Source: an uncultured Anaerolinea sp. (GTDB lineage Bacteria > Chloroflexota > Anaerolineae > Anaerolineales > Villigracilaceae). From it: 40,752 bases of DNA. Shown in pieces: positions 25,352-33,214 of this stretch (the stretch's first letter is position 1; the number at the start of each line of letters is the position of its first letter). The notes below the pieces were generated by a model. The model was not told where the DNA came from. It made no database searches and saw only the letters and a list, made by a program, of their open reading frames with translations. The position numbers were made by a program, and so were the translations under genes. Location of the stretch: the NCBI GenBank assembly GCA_964419035.1, contig CAYQOF010000001.1, forward strand, positions 1-40,752. Direction: 5' to 3'.

Positions 25352-25384
25352 AATTAAATTATACTTTATTTTTACAAGGCGTTT

Positions 25385-26236
25385 TCATGTCAATTTATCC
25401 AGAAGCGAATTCAATTCCTCGTCCGAATAATAGTAGATGGTGACGGTGCCCCTGCCGCTTTTGCCGTGCTTGAGCGAGACCTTCGTCCCGAGGCTGGATT
25501 CCAGGCGGCGTTCCACATCGCTCACGTTCGGACTTCTGCCTGCCCTCCGTTTCGACGCGGGTCTCTGCCCCGAATATTTTTTCGCCAGCATTTCCGTGGT
25601 GCGGACGCTCAGGTCGAGCAGGATGATCTTGTTCAACAATTCTTCCTGTTGTTTGGCGGACAAGGACAGCATGGCGCGCGCGTGACCCTCCGTGATGCGT
25701 CCATCCACCAGCGCCTGTTTGACCGCGGCGGATGCCTCCAGCAAGCGCATGGTATTCGTGACGGCAACGCGGCTCTTGCCAACCCTCTCGGCAATCGTCT
25801 CGTGCGACAACCCGAACTCCTTGGCGAGATGCTGATACGCCTCTGCCTCCTCAATGGGATTCAAGTCCGCGCGCTGGACGTTTTCGATGAGAGCCAGTTC
25901 GAGCAATTGCTGGTCTGTGGCGTGACGGATGACGACGGGGACGGTCTTCAACCCCGCTTTGCGCGCGGCTTGCAGGCGGCGTTCGCCCGCGACGAGCGTG
26001 TACGTCCCGCCTTTGCCGGGGGATATGACCAGCGGCTGGATGACCCCATGCTCGCGGATGGATGCGGCGAGGTTTTCCAATTCCTCGATGTCGAATTTTT
26101 CACGCGGCTGGCGCGGGTTGCCTTGTATTGCATCCACGGCGACATGCGCGATGCCGCTTCCATCCCCTGATGTTGTGATCTGCCCTGCGGGGATGAGGGC
26201 TTCGAGTCCCCTGCCAAGACCGGAACGTTTGGGCAT
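25385..26236 (-). CDS. parB: Chromosome partitioning protein ParB/Spo0J
   Basis: GLGRGLEALI, NPRQPR, GERRLQA, ENVQRADLNPIEEA, HTH GKSRVAVTN..RLL, EGHAR. Confidence 0.96.
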   Translation of the reverse strand: MPKRSGLGRGLEALIPAGQITTSGDGSGIAHVAVDAIQGNPRQPREKFDIEELENLAASIREHGVIQPLVISPGKGGTYTLVAGERRLQAARKAGLKTVPVVIRHATDQQLLELALIENVQRADLNPIEEAEAYQHLAKEFGLSHETIAERVGKSRVAVTNTMRLLEASAAVKQALVDGRITEGHARAMLSLSAKQQEELLNKIILLDLSVRTTEMLAKKYSGQRPASKRRAGRSPNVSDVERRLESSLGTKVSLKHGKSGRGTVTIYYYSDEELNSLLDKLT

Positions 26237-26251
26237 GTAAACTCCTTATTT

Positions 26252-26348
26252 CACCACAAAGGCTTGCATTGAGCGATGTCGAAATGACACGAAGGACACA
26301 AAGTCTTTTTGAAGGTTTTCCTTTGTGTGCCTTTGTGAACTTAGTGGT
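26252..26348. repeat. Imperfect inverted repeat built of ~9-nt CACAAAGGA units, with a nested 24-nt TGAGC..GTCGAA element
   Basis: Left arm CACCACAAAGG|ACACGAAGGACACAAAG, right arm CTTTGTGTGCCTTTGTGAACTTAGTGGT, insert CTTGCATTGAGCGATGTCGAAATG at 26263-26286. Confidence 0.75.
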
Positions 26349-27127
26349 TAATTCGCTTTTACCCCATCGCCTTTGAGCAATTCCTTCGCGAGCGATTCAT
26401 AAGCCTGCGCGCCGACGGAGGCCGGGGAATACGCCGAGATGGGAAGTCCATACGAGGGGGCTTCAGCAAGACGGATACTGCGCGGCACAACGCTCTTGAA
26501 GACCTTGCCCGGAAAGTGATTGTTGACCTCCTGCACCACGTCTTTGGAGAGGTTGGTGCGGGAGTCGAACATGGTCAGGATGACGCCGCGCACGCGCAGG
26601 TCCGGGAAGAGAGCCGAGCGGACGCGCTGGATGGTCTGGGTCAGTTGACCGAGTCCCTCCAGCGCGAGGTATTCGCATTGCACAGGCACCAGCACGCCAT
26701 CCCGCGCTGCGACCAGCCCATTGACGGTGAGCAGTCCCAGCGAGGGCGGGCAGTCAATCAGAACGTAGTCGTATTTTTTGCTGATCGACTCGATGGCTTT
26801 TTTGAGGCGGAACTCGCGTCCCAACTCTTCGACGAGTTCGACCTCCGCGCCAGCCAGCGAGGGGGAGGAAGGCAGGAGCGCAAGTTGCAGGCGTTCGTTG
26901 AAGAGGATGAACGAGGCGGGCGCGTCGCCGTTGAGCAGCGCTTCGTACGTGCCGCCCTGCACGGCACGCTTGTCCACGCCCAGGCTGGAGGTGGCGTTGG
27001 CTTGCGGGTCGAGGTCAACGATGAGGACGCGTTGACCCATCTGCGCGAGATATGCGCCGAGGTTGACGGCGGTGGTGGTCTTGCCCACTCCGCCTTTCTG
27101 GTTTGCGAAGGTGTAGATGCGGGTCAT
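26348..27127 (-). CDS. parA: Chromosome partitioning ATPase ParA/Soj
   Basis: NQKGGVGKTTT, DLDPQAN, IDCPPSLGLLT, PVQCEYLALEG, RLAEAPSYG. Confidence 0.96.
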   Translation of the reverse strand: MTRIYTFANQKGGVGKTTTAVNLGAYLAQMGQRVLIVDLDPQANATSSLGVDKRAVQGGTYEALLNGDAPASFILFNERLQLALLPSSPSLAGAEVELVEELGREFRLKKAIESISKKYDYVLIDCPPSLGLLTVNGLVAARDGVLVPVQCEYLALEGLGQLTQTIQRVRSALFPDLRVRGVILTMFDSRTNLSKDVVQEVNNHFPGKVFKSVVPRSIRLAEAPSYGLPISAYSPASVGAQAYESLAKELLKGDGVKAN

Positions 27128-27205
27128 GCGATTAGAGATTTCAGATTTACGATTGACGATTTGTGATATGAAAAAGCGATTAGAGAACTGGAGATTGGAG
27201 AATTA
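27128..27205. repeat. Degenerate heptamer tandem array (GATTNNN)
   Basis: gattaga gatttca gatttac gattgac gatttgt gatatga (27130-27171), then gattaga gaactgga gattgga. GCGATTAGAGA is repeated at 27128 and 27176. Confidence 0.7.
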
Positions 27206-28054
27206 TTGCAGCACTTCCATCATACATTCTTCGATCTCGCGCGGGGTTGGGATTCCGTCCAGCCCGGCGCGCGTCACGGAACGGGATGCGATGAGAGTGG
27301 CAAAACGCGCCGCCTCCCACGGATCGCGAGTGGCGGAGAGGCGGATGAAAAACGCCGCGGCGTAGATGTCGCCTGCGCCGGTCGCGTCCACTTCCTCAAC
27401 CTGCGGGGCGCGGAAGCGGCGGCGGTCGCCGTGCCAGTACAGGACGGAGCCGGCGCTTCCTTCGGTCACTGCCAGTACTTTTGTTTGCTGCGCCATGTGT
27501 TCGATCAGTTCATCGTCGCCATTCACATCCTCGCGGCTGAGAACGACCGCGTCCGCCCGCGCCAACGCGGTCTCCGCCTCCATCCATTCGCGCGGCGAGA
27601 TGCGTCCCTTGGCATCCCATTGACGCATCCAGCCCTGGGGGGTGATGCCCAACAGCCCCGGTGAAAATCCTTCCGGCAGGACTGAATCCATTTCATTCGC
27701 TATTGGTCCCAGGTGAATGATCGAGGCGCGCCGCCAGACTTTGGGAACGCGATCCAGCTCGATGCGCGCGGCTTCCGCGCGCAGATATTGCACTCGTCCG
27801 TGCCTGGTGTAGATGTTCTCGTAGGTTGTGCTATGCGATGATTCAATAGAGGCGATGGGAATGCCGCTCAAAGCATCTAGCGGTGTTTCAGGACCCGAGG
27901 CGGTCACGATCCCCACACGTTGACCGAACGCGCGCGCGGTCAATGCGGCGTAGGCAGCCGTTCCGCCCAGCCGTGAGCCATCCGGCGTCAGATCATGCGC
28001 GACATGACCGATCACGAGATAATCCACCGGCTCGAGCGGGGCGAGATCACGCAT
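27203..28054 (-). CDS. PfkB/ribokinase-family carbohydrate kinase
   Basis: IGHVAHD, LGGTAAY, QGWMR, VT.G..G, anion-hole motif DATGAGD. Confidence 0.9.
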   Translation of the reverse strand: MRDLAPLEPVDYLVIGHVAHDLTPDGSRLGGTAAYAALTARAFGQRVGIVTASGPETPLDALSGIPIASIESSHSTTYENIYTRHGRVQYLRAEAARIELDRVPKVWRRASIIHLGPIANEMDSVLPEGFSPGLLGITPQGWMRQWDAKGRISPREWMEAETALARADAVVLSREDVNGDDELIEHMAQQTKVLAVTEGSAGSVLYWHGDRRRFRAPQVEEVDATGAGDIYAAAFFIRLSATRDPWEAARFATLIASRSVTRAGLDGIPTPREIEECMMEVLQ

Positions 28055-28110
28055 AGCCGAATTATACCGTGAGAAAAAATAGAGCGAGTGTTATATCTCG
28101 CTCCACAGGA

Positions 28111-28857
28111 TCAATCCTCTTTCGGGATGATCGTCACTTTGCGATACGGTTCCTCGCCCACGCTCTCCGTCTTTACAAGCGGGTGGTCGCGCAAGGCGAT
28201 ATGGATGACGCGGCGCTCGGCGGAGGGCATCGGTTCGAGGGTCTGGCGGCGTCCGTTTTTGGCGACCTGATCCGCCATGCGTTTCGCCATTTGGATCAAC
28301 TGCTTCTCGCGGCGGTTACGGTATCCCTCCACATCCACGGTAAGTTGCACGAACTGTCCCGCCTCCTTGCCGATGATCAACGAGGCGATATATTGAAACG
28401 CGCTGAGCGTTTCGGAACGTTTGCCGATCAGCACGCTCAGGTCATTGCCGCGCACATCCACGAGGATGGTGCGCCTGTCCTCGCGGTCCGTATCCGCATA
28501 ACTCGCGGAGACGTGCGCTTCGAGATTCAGCAGATGCAGGAGTTTCGAGATGGCCGACTCGGTGCGGTCGAGCAGGGGATCGTGCTCAGGCTTGGATTCG
28601 GTTTCGATGACGGGAACAACCTTCGGCTCAGGCTCAGAAGCGGCTGGTTCCGTTTCGATGACCGCCGCGCCGCCTGCAGGATTCACCGTCAAACGGACGC
28701 GCACCTGCGCCTTGCCCAGTCCGAAGAAACCCTTGGCGCCGGCGTCCAACACTTCAACGCTGACCGCATCCGCAGTGAGACCCAGTTGCGCGAGTCCCTG
28801 CGCGATGGCTTCTTCGACAGTGGGAGCGATGATCTCCAGCGTGGTTTTTTCGTTCAT
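28111..28857 (-). CDS. jag: Jag/KhpB (EloR) RNA-binding protein (Jag_N, KH, R3H)
   Basis: TVEEAI..GL..LG, KGFFGLG, LIGKRSETLSAFQY, VDVEGYR, LEPM...ERRVIH, G.EPYR. GGAGG RBS. Confidence 0.93.
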   Translation of the reverse strand: MNEKTTLEIIAPTVEEAIAQGLAQLGLTADAVSVEVLDAGAKGFFGLGKAQVRVRLTVNPAGGAAVIETEPAASEPEPKVVPVIETESKPEHDPLLDRTESAISKLLHLLNLEAHVSASYADTDREDRRTILVDVRGNDLSVLIGKRSETLSAFQYIASLIIGKEAGQFVQLTVDVEGYRNRREKQLIQMAKRMADQVAKNGRRQTLEPMPSAERRVIHIALRDHPLVKTESVGEEPYRKVTIIPKED

Positions 28858-28867
28858 ACCCGCCTCC

Positions 28868-29728
28868 TTATTTTGACTTTGCCTTCTTTGTGTTACCGCC
28901 GGGAAGAAGGCTTCGCCAGTTGGCTTTCCCCTGCATGGCATACTGAACAATGCCCAGGACGTTGCTCGTAATGAAGTAGACCGACAACCCGGAGGGGAAG
29001 GTCAGCGCGAACCAGCCGAGCATGAGCGGCATGGTGTACGTCATGGAGCGAGCCATGGCGGCGCCCTGGTCGCCGGGGTTGGCGGACGGGGGCATGGTCA
29101 GTTTGGATTGGATGTAGGTGGTCACCGCCACGACAATCGCTAAAATGTAATAAGGTTCCGGTTGACCGAGATTCATCCACAGGAAATGGCTGTTGAGAGG
29201 GATCAGGTCGGAAACATTGGGGAGATAGACGCTTCGCGAAAGTTTCAACAGATCCAATGGAGTGGATGCCAGCGCGCGGATGATGCTTTGGTACAGGGCA
29301 ATGATGATCGGGAACTGGATGAGCGTGGGCAGGCAGGAGCCGAAGGGATTGATCTTCCGTTCGCGGTAGATGCGCATTTGTTCCTGCGCCAGTTTTTCGC
29401 GGTCCTTGGCGTATTTTTTCTGGATCGCCTGCCATTCCTTGTCGTTCTGGAGTTCCTGCATGGCAGCCGCGCCCTTCATCTGCTGGGCATTCAGGGGCCA
29501 AGTGACAATGCGGATCAAAATGGTGAACAGGATGATGGCGATGCCGAAGTTCTGCCCGATGATGCTGTAGATCCACAGCAGGACATTGACAAAAATGGAA
29601 ATGAAATCGTTCCATCTCCAGATGACGAGAGCCAGGAACACAACGATCCCCATTGTCTTGAGCATGCCGCCGGACATGCCTTCAGGCAGGGCGGGTTGCG
29701 CCGGTGCTTTACTTGCTGTATTTTTCAT
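28868..29728 (-). CDS. yidC: Membrane protein insertase YidC (short form, no large P1 domain)
   Basis: FGIAIILFTILIR...PL, NPFGSCLPTLIQFPI..ALY, FLWMNL..P, PSGLSVYF..SN. Confidence 0.93.
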   Translation of the reverse strand: MKNTASKAPAQPALPEGMSGGMLKTMGIVVFLALVIWRWNDFISIFVNVLLWIYSIIGQNFGIAIILFTILIRIVTWPLNAQQMKGAAAMQELQNDKEWQAIQKKYAKDREKLAQEQMRIYRERKINPFGSCLPTLIQFPIIIALYQSIIRALASTPLDLLKLSRSVYLPNVSDLIPLNSHFLWMNLGQPEPYYILAIVVAVTTYIQSKLTMPPSANPGDQGAAMARSMTYTMPLMLGWFALTFPSGLSVYFITSNVLGIVQYAMQGKANWRSLLPGGNTKKAKSK

Positions 29729-29749
29729 GATTACTATTACTCTTTACTT

Positions 29750-30856
29750 TCATGGACTGAAGGTCCAAACCCGCCTGCCGTTCGGATCCAGCGCGGCGAG
29801 GTAGAAATCCGTTTCCATGGGCGCCACCAGGATGAGGTCTCCGACGACAACAGGCGTGGTGTAGATCTTTCCGCCGACCGTCTCATACCAAAGCGTTTTG
29901 CCGTCCTTACCGATGGCGTAGACGTTTCCGGACTCGGTGGCAAGCAGGAGATGCCCATTTTGAACGAGCGCGCTGGCAGTGATGGGTCCATCCGGCTGGA
30001 TCGGCGACCAGTTCAATGCACCGCCTGCCGTGTTGAAGGAATAGAAGTTTCCTCTCAGGTCCCCAAAGTATAGCGTATCCTCGTTCAGACTGGGAGTGCT
30101 CCAGATCCAATACTCGGCAGTGAAAACAGATTGATGCTCCCCGGTTACGGGGTCGAACTTCTCAAGTCTGGATGCCAGCGAACCTACATAAAGCATTCCG
30201 TCAGGACCAATGACCGGCGAGCCGGGGATCGCTCCGCTCACATCCACGTGCCAGAGGATTTCATAGGTCTGAAGGTCAATGGCATATACGCTGTGATCGA
30301 GCGATGTGACGAATAACCGTTCCCCGTCCGTTACGGGTTGCGCCCACAAACGATCGTCCAGTTCGATGGTTTTAATGGCTTGTTTGGCGGAGCGCCCGTC
30401 GTTCAAATCCAAAACGTACAGATTGCCATCGGCGTTGGGTGCATAGAGCAGGTTGTCAACGACAAGCGGGGCAGCCACCCATGCTCCCTGCGCCTCGTCG
30501 AACGTCCATGCCGGTACGGGGGAATTAACTCCATCGCTTGTGGTGATGTCGGCCGGGTTCAGGGCAAACAGGGTGTGGCTGCCGCCGGCGCTGCCCACGA
30601 TCACCAATCCATCGCTCGTAACGGCAGGCGGGGCATGGAAAAGCAGTTTGGAATCACTCTTGGCGGGGAAACGCCATGCTTCCCTGCCGTTGTCCAGATT
30701 TACTGCATGGACAAAGGGTCCGTCGGCGAGATAAGCCGTGGTCTCATCAGCAGCCAGACCCGCCCACGTTGTGCCGCGCACAGCCCCACCGACACATGCG
30801 CTCAGAAGGGTGGCGCCCAGCAGAGCCATGCTGATAAACAAAAGTTTCTTTCTCAT
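29750..30856 (-). CDS. PQQ-type (BamB-like) beta-propeller lipoprotein
   Basis: Lipobox LLSAC and repeated blades P.V....(L/V)Y....DG.(L/V)YA(L/I)D...G...W. Confidence 0.88.
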   Translation of the reverse strand: MRKKLLFISMALLGATLLSACVGGAVRGTTWAGLAADETTAYLADGPFVHAVNLDNGREAWRFPAKSDSKLLFHAPPAVTSDGLVIVGSAGGSHTLFALNPADITTSDGVNSPVPAWTFDEAQGAWVAAPLVVDNLLYAPNADGNLYVLDLNDGRSAKQAIKTIELDDRLWAQPVTDGERLFVTSLDHSVYAIDLQTYEILWHVDVSGAIPGSPVIGPDGMLYVGSLASRLEKFDPVTGEHQSVFTAEYWIWSTPSLNEDTLYFGDLRGNFYSFNTAGGALNWSPIQPDGPITASALVQNGHLLLATESGNVYAIGKDGKTLWYETVGGKIYTTPVVVGDLILVAPMETDFYLAALDPNGRRVWTFSP

Positions 30857-30872
30857 CGAAAAGTTGATACTC

Positions 30873-31163
30873 CTATGGAATGGGGTCGTAGCCCCCGGGG
30901 TTGAACGGATTGCATCTCAATACGCGCCAGGCCGCCATCAACGATCCCTTGAGCGCGCCGTGTTTGTAGACTGCCTGATAGCCATAATGCGAACAGGATG
31001 GATAAAAGCGGCAGGTGTTTGGCGGCAAGCCTTTTGAAATGGTCATCTGATACAAGCGGATCAGAGCAAGCACAAGAATGCGCGGCAGGTTGCCGGGCGT
31101 GCGCGGCATGTCGCGCAGGCGGGGTTCGTGGGAATAATCGTGCAGATGGAACTCAGGGTTCAT
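30873..31163 (-). CDS. yidD: Membrane protein insertion efficiency factor YidD
   Basis: [38 protein letters not shown]. Confidence 0.95.
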   Translation of the reverse strand: MNPEFHLHDYSHEPRLRDMPRTPGNLPRILVLALIRLYQMTISKGLPPNTCRFYPSCSHYGYQAVYKHGALKGSLMAAWRVLRCNPFNPGGYDPIP

Positions 31164-31536
31164 TCGCGGGGATCAAGAGTTTGGCGCGTTGCAGGAGGTT
31201 GGTGAGCGCCTGCCGGGTATCGGATAAGGTGGCGGATGCAAGCCCGGGTCTGGCGATCAGGATCAGGTCCAAGCCTGATGCGTTGTCCTGAGCCTGCCGA
31301 AGGGCGATGTTGGGAATGAGAGTCCGCATCGCTTCGCGCAGAAGGCGTTTGGTCCGGTTTCGAGTCACCGCCGAGCCCACTGTCCTGCCTGCCGCGACTC
31401 CCACCCGCAGGCGCGGCTGTCCGTTCTCCATGCTTCTCAGCGCAATCAACACAACAAGCGGGTGGGCATAAGACTTGCCGGAACGCCGCACCCGCTTGAA
31501 GTCTTCAGACCGGGTCAGACGGAACCTTCTCTGCAC
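31153..31536 (-). CDS. rnpA: Ribonuclease P protein component, with an in-frame 8-aa insert
   Basis: RL....DFKRV...G, RVGV, RNR motif [20 protein letters not shown]. Conserved position after rpmH. Confidence 0.95.
   Translation of the reverse strand: MQRRFRLTRSEDFKRVRRSGKSYAHPLVVLIALRSMENGQPRLRVGVAAGRTVGSAVTRNRTKRLLREAMRTLIPNIALRQAQDNASGLDLILIARPGLASATLSDTRQALTNLLQRAKLLIPANEP
31281..31305. repeat. ~24-nt TGAGC..GYCGAA mini-palindrome inside rnpA
   Basis: CGTTGTCCTGAGCCTGCCGAAGGGC with stem GTCCT/AGGGC. It encodes LRQAQDNA on the coding strand. Confidence 0.75.
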
Positions 31537-31556
31537 CCGCGCCTCTTAAGCGCTGA

Positions 31557-31727
31557 TTACCAGCGAACTTTCTTGACGTGTTCGTTGGCTTTGACGGTTA
31601 ATTTATGGCGCCCGCGCAGGCGGCGACGTTTGAGCACGGCGCGCCCATCAGCCGTAGCCATGCGCCTGCGAAAGCCGTGCACGCGCACGCGGCGGCGGAT
31701 CTTCGGTTGATACGTACGTTTGGGCAT
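31557..31727 (-). CDS. rpmH: 50S ribosomal protein L34 (not in the supplied ORF track)
   Basis: Manual translation gives [56 protein letters not shown] (56 aa), with a GAGGA RBS. Confidence 0.97.
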   Translation of the reverse strand: MPKRTYQPKIRRRVRVHGFRRRMATADGRAVLKRRRLRGRHKLTVKANEHVKKVRW

Positions 31728-31790
31728 TCTTCGTTCCTCGTTTCAAAAATAATGGCAAATCTTTCACGCCGCTGGCATGAGCGACACAAC

Positions 31791-31820
31791 ATTATACCGT
31801 AAGGGTTCTGATTCGGTCAA
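31791..31820 (-). promoter_or_regulatory. Sigma70-type promoter of the rpmH operon
   Basis: TTGACC (31820-31815), 18-nt spacer, TATAAT (31796-31791). Confidence 0.7.
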
Positions 31821-31840
31821 TTTGGATTCGCGTTTTCGCG

Positions 31841-32545
31841 TTATTCCTGATCGGTCTTCTTTCCGCTCCGCGTCGGGTAGACAGGGAAGGCGAGGAGTTC
31901 AGCCAGTTTCTGCGCGCCTTCCGGGCTGGCGACCGCGATGATCTCGTCATTCTCCTGAAAAGTTGTATCGCCGCGCGGCAGGGTCATCACACCGTCGCGG
32001 ATGATGGCGGCGATCACGCAATGCTCGGCAAGATCCAAATCCTTGAGCGGAACGCCGATCGCCTTCGCGCCCGCAGGCACTTTTTCCTCCACCACCGCGT
32101 AGCGTCCGCGGCGGATCTTGAACAGGGTCATCATGTCGCCCAGCGACATTTCCTCCTGGATCAGATGCGCCAGCACATCCGCAGAGTTCAATGCCACGTC
32201 CACATGGAACTTATCGTTGAAGAGCCAGGCGTTGTTCGGGTTGTTGACGCGCGCGATGGTGCGCGGCACATCGAATAGTTTCTTGGAAATGAAGCATATC
32301 GCCAGGTTGATGGCGTCATTGGCAGTCACCGCGGCGATGACGTGCGCCTCCCGCGCCCCGGCCGCCTCGAGCACGCTGGGTTCCACGGGATGCCCCTCGT
32401 AGATCACCTCGGTGGGAAGTTCCTGATGCAGGATCGAGAGCAGTTCGCGGCGGTTCTCGACCAGCCGCACCTTGTAATTCTGATTGAGCAGTAAACTGGC
32501 GAGACGCGCCCCCGTGCGACCGCCGCCGGCGACCAATACGAACAT
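31841..32545 (-). CDS. TrkA-family K+ uptake regulatory protein (RCK_N + RCK_C)
   Basis: VAGGGRTG, AVTANDAINL, TIARVNNP, IIRDG...PRGDT....D. Confidence 0.92.
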   Translation of the reverse strand: MFVLVAGGGRTGARLASLLLNQNYKVRLVENRRELLSILHQELPTEVIYEGHPVEPSVLEAAGAREAHVIAAVTANDAINLAICFISKKLFDVPRTIARVNNPNNAWLFNDKFHVDVALNSADVLAHLIQEEMSLGDMMTLFKIRRGRYAVVEEKVPAGAKAIGVPLKDLDLAEHCVIAAIIRDGVMTLPRGDTTFQENDEIIAVASPEGAQKLAELLAFPVYPTRSGKKTDQE

Positions 32546-32546
32546 G

Positions 32547-33209
32547 TTACGCCTCCGCATTTCCGTGCAGGCATGTTGTCAACTTGCCGATGCCAATAAA
32601 TGTGGAACTGACGTTGAGCAGGTCTCCCGCCTGTAACGTGGTCTCCGCATCCGGCAGGGACGATCTGCCCGCCCTCGTTAAAGCGACCGCGCGGCACTCG
32701 TCGAGCGGGCCCATCAATTCGCCCAACGTGCGTCCGTCCCATTCCTCGGGAATGCGGATTTCGTAGATCTCCACTTCACCGTTGCCTGCGGAATACACCA
32801 CTTTTTCGGACGGGTTTACCAGCAGTTCCTCCACGCGCTGGGCGCCCCATGTGGTGGAACCCACCGCTTGCAGCCCGAACGCCTCGATCAACCCGCGCAG
32901 GCTGGGATCGTAATTGCGCGCGATCACCACCGGCACGTTGTAGAACTCGCGCGCGGCGTGCGAGACGACGGCATTGAGCGCGTCCGAATTGGTGACCGCT
33001 GCCAGCCCGTCCGCCTCACGGACGCCTGCGCGTTCGAGTATATTCTCAGCCAAGCCTTCGCCTTCCAGCGTTCGACCGCGGAAATCCGGGTGCAGGCGGT
33101 TGAAAGCCTGTTTGTTGACATCCACGACCACCACCTGATGCCCGCTCTTGTAAAGGTGATAGGATAGTTCGGCGCCAACGCGGCCGCATCCAACTATAAT
33201 GAAATTCAT
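32547..33209 (-). CDS. TrkA-family K+ uptake regulatory protein (RCK_N + RCK_C)
   Basis: IVGCGRVG, AVTNSDALN, VIARNYDP, C-terminal RCK_C. AAGGAG RBS before ATG 33209. Confidence 0.92.
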   Translation of the reverse strand: MNFIIVGCGRVGAELSYHLYKSGHQVVVVDVNKQAFNRLHPDFRGRTLEGEGLAENILERAGVREADGLAAVTNSDALNAVVSHAAREFYNVPVVIARNYDPSLRGLIEAFGLQAVGSTTWGAQRVEELLVNPSEKVVYSAGNGEVEIYEIRIPEEWDGRTLGELMGPLDECRAVALTRAGRSSLPDAETTLQAGDLLNVSSTFIGIGKLTTCLHGNAEA

Positions 33210-33214
33210 GGGTC

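Noticed and set aside
27128..27205. CRISPR array interpretation of the short repeats (also 26252-26348)
   Set aside because: Units are 7-9 nt and contiguous, with no unique spacers and no cas genes.
28595..28665. Duplicated VIETE motif in the Jag linker
   Set aside because: A short duplication in a known variable low-complexity linker, with no palindromic structure and no match to the other repeats.
31598..31802. ORF-track entries 31598..31792 (-) and 31605..31802 (+)
   Set aside because: They overlap the true rpmH frame (31557-31727) and its promoter.
31728..31840. oriC upstream of rpmH
   Set aside because: Short spacer with no TTATCCACA boxes, no AT-rich unwinding element and no dnaA.
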